This document shows, one piece after another, positions 62,543-64,000 of a stretch of DNA of 64,000 nt. The position numbers were made by a program, and so were the translations under genes. Under the pieces are notes generated by a model that saw only the letters and a program-made list of their open reading frames with translations, was not told the origin of the DNA and did no database searches. This DNA is from Hydrolagus affinis. Lineage: Eukaryota. Position 1 is the first letter of the stretch. The number at the start of each line of letters is the position of its first letter. The DNA is taken from the NCBI GenBank assembly GCA_012026655.1, contig JAAILG010001137.1, positions 1-64,000 on the forward strand, in the 5' to 3' direction.

Positions 62543-62714
62543 TCCTTGTCACCCCCTTTCCGATAGACCTTCTACGCTCTAACTGTAAGGCGATCTAACT
62601 TCGAACTCTATGATAAAACACTCAAACCAGGTTGGAAACTTAACAGAGGAGAGCAAAGAACAGCAGCAGCAGTGAACAACACCATCAAACAAGGAAAATT
62701 AGACTGTGTGATCA

Positions 62715-63070
62715 ATAGTAACTTCCGCCTAGCATCCAGTGAGTCACTGCTGTCTGATTGACTCTCAGTCAGTTTTTGTTATTATTGCACTTACTGTACA
62801 GTACTTCTCTCTCTCTCTCTGCCTTAAACTTAGCAGCAAACTCACAATGAAGTCCCTCCCTGGTCTCTGGTTGGAGTGAAGCTTTTTCCCCTTTGCTTTC
62901 CTATTAGTTCATGAAGCAGTCCGTTATGAACTCGTAATAGTTTTCCTCCCTCCCTCCCTCCCTCAATAGCTGGTTGTGGACACAATTGTTTTTTTGTCTT
63001 TTGCTCTGAGAGTGAGTTTGCGGTCAATGGGGGAATTTCCCATAGTGACTTGTTTCGACTTGCACTCCAA
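62715..63070 (-). promoter_or_regulatory. Putative BAX-like proximal promoter: ETS (ACTTCCG 62721-62727), AP-1 (TGAGTCA 62740-62746), NF-kB (GGGAATTTCC 63031-63040), p53-like double half-site (63046-63065)
   Basis: Motifs read directly, 180-520 bp upstream of the ATG. TSS not determined; function inferred. Confidence 0.4.
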
Positions 63071-63369
63071 CAGGGACACTCTCCTCTTAAAGAGGTTTTA
63101 TTCAGTCAATTCATCGCTCAGAAACTTGCCCATACTTTACCACAACTGCTAATGTTTCCGGGTGTTTAAAATTTAATTTAAAAAAAAAAATTTTATTAGT
63201 AAAACTCACAAGTACCGTACAATCCAATATCTTCAGCCAAAAGAGTTGGGACATCTCAAAGACGCGATAAGCCAAGATATCAAATGCGAGGATTACAGTA
63301 TTATATTATTATGAAAAACGCTATATCAAATGCAAGGATTATTATTATCATTCTATTATCATGTTTATG

Positions 63370-63720
63370 GAACTCCTGTAGCTCAGTGGTTAGAGCACTC
63401 GCCCTACAAGCGTGAGACCTGTATTCGAATCCAGGCAGATCAGAGCAAAACCTTGGGCATGTTTCCTCACTCAACACACCTATTAATAATCTGTCCCAAA
63501 AAAACCAACAATAATAAAAATTGGTCATTTTCAATCCCCGACTGTTTGTGGGGGACGCTGCTGTGCGCAATTGGCTGCCGCGTTTCGCCCACAAATATAC
63601 AGTCAATTCACTTTACAGTATATTCTGTGAAGCGCTTTGAGACACAGTCTAGAAGACGTGAAAAGCGCTATATCAAAAATGCAAGGATTATTATTATTAT
63701 ATTATTATTATATCATTATT
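63370..63720 (+). mobile_element. Full-length SINE about 830 bp upstream of the BAX-like ATG, divergent orientation
   Basis: Intact A box TAGCTCAGTGG and B-box-like ATTCGAATCC. Confidence 0.92.
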
Positions 63721-63769
63721 CTCATGAGATTTCCTTGAGAATTAAACCAATTTATGTGTGTACCAGAAA

Positions 63770-64000
63770 CATAAGCACATAGCAAGAAATGCTAAACGAA
63801 AGAAAGGTCCACCTAGTTGGCCTTCCACCTTCCCAAACTACCTGGGCACTATATAGGCGCTCTATAAATGTAATTTGTTGTTGTTTGTTGTTGTTATTCC
63901 GTAATGTTATTTCCTAAAAGAAAACTATCTAAACTGTGTGTTTGGAGGAATCAATGCTTCCTGCTTCAACCATCTGCTTTAGGGAGCCTGTTCCACAGGC
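63770..64000 (-). mobile_element. Decayed CR1 3' end with a small L2 tail (63856-63895, +) inside
   Basis: Reverse complement LWNRLPK-(M)VEAGSIDSSK resembles CR1 WN.LP..VVEA.S...FK. Confidence 0.5.

Noticed and set aside
1391-63782. Recurring ORF-track peptides such as [36 protein letters not shown] and [13 protein letters not shown]
   Set aside because: They are translations of the non-coding SINE body, not a gene family
1-64000. CRISPR array, operon or other prokaryotic/viral system
   Set aside because: No regularly spaced repeat-spacer units and no long ORFs; the repeats are dispersed retroposons and the only gene has spliceosomal introns

Overview
Vertebrate genomic DNA, almost certainly a cartilaginous fish and most likely a chimaera (inferred from the repeat families), with one 100-N assembly gap. 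There is no sign of a prokaryotic system. One complete protein-coding gene can be assembled by hand, and the ORF track misses it: a six-exon, minus-strand BAX-family apoptosis regulator (CDS 62542 to 58512, 621 nt, 206 aa) with BH3, BH1, BH2 and a C-terminal membrane anchor, canonical GT-AG introns and BAX-type intron phases (1,2,2,0,0). The other ~58 kb, lying 3' of the gene, is non-coding. It holds about 40 copies of a tRNA-headed SINE with an L2-like tail, L2 and CR1 LINE 3' fragments, three old Deu-domain SINEs, microsatellites, a ~550-bp local duplication, an ~80-bp long inverted repeat, co-oriented CTCF-like motifs and several enhancer-like motif clusters. Nearly all listed ORFs are spurious translations of repeats or random sequence. 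Family names and comparisons to other species are from recall, not from database searches.
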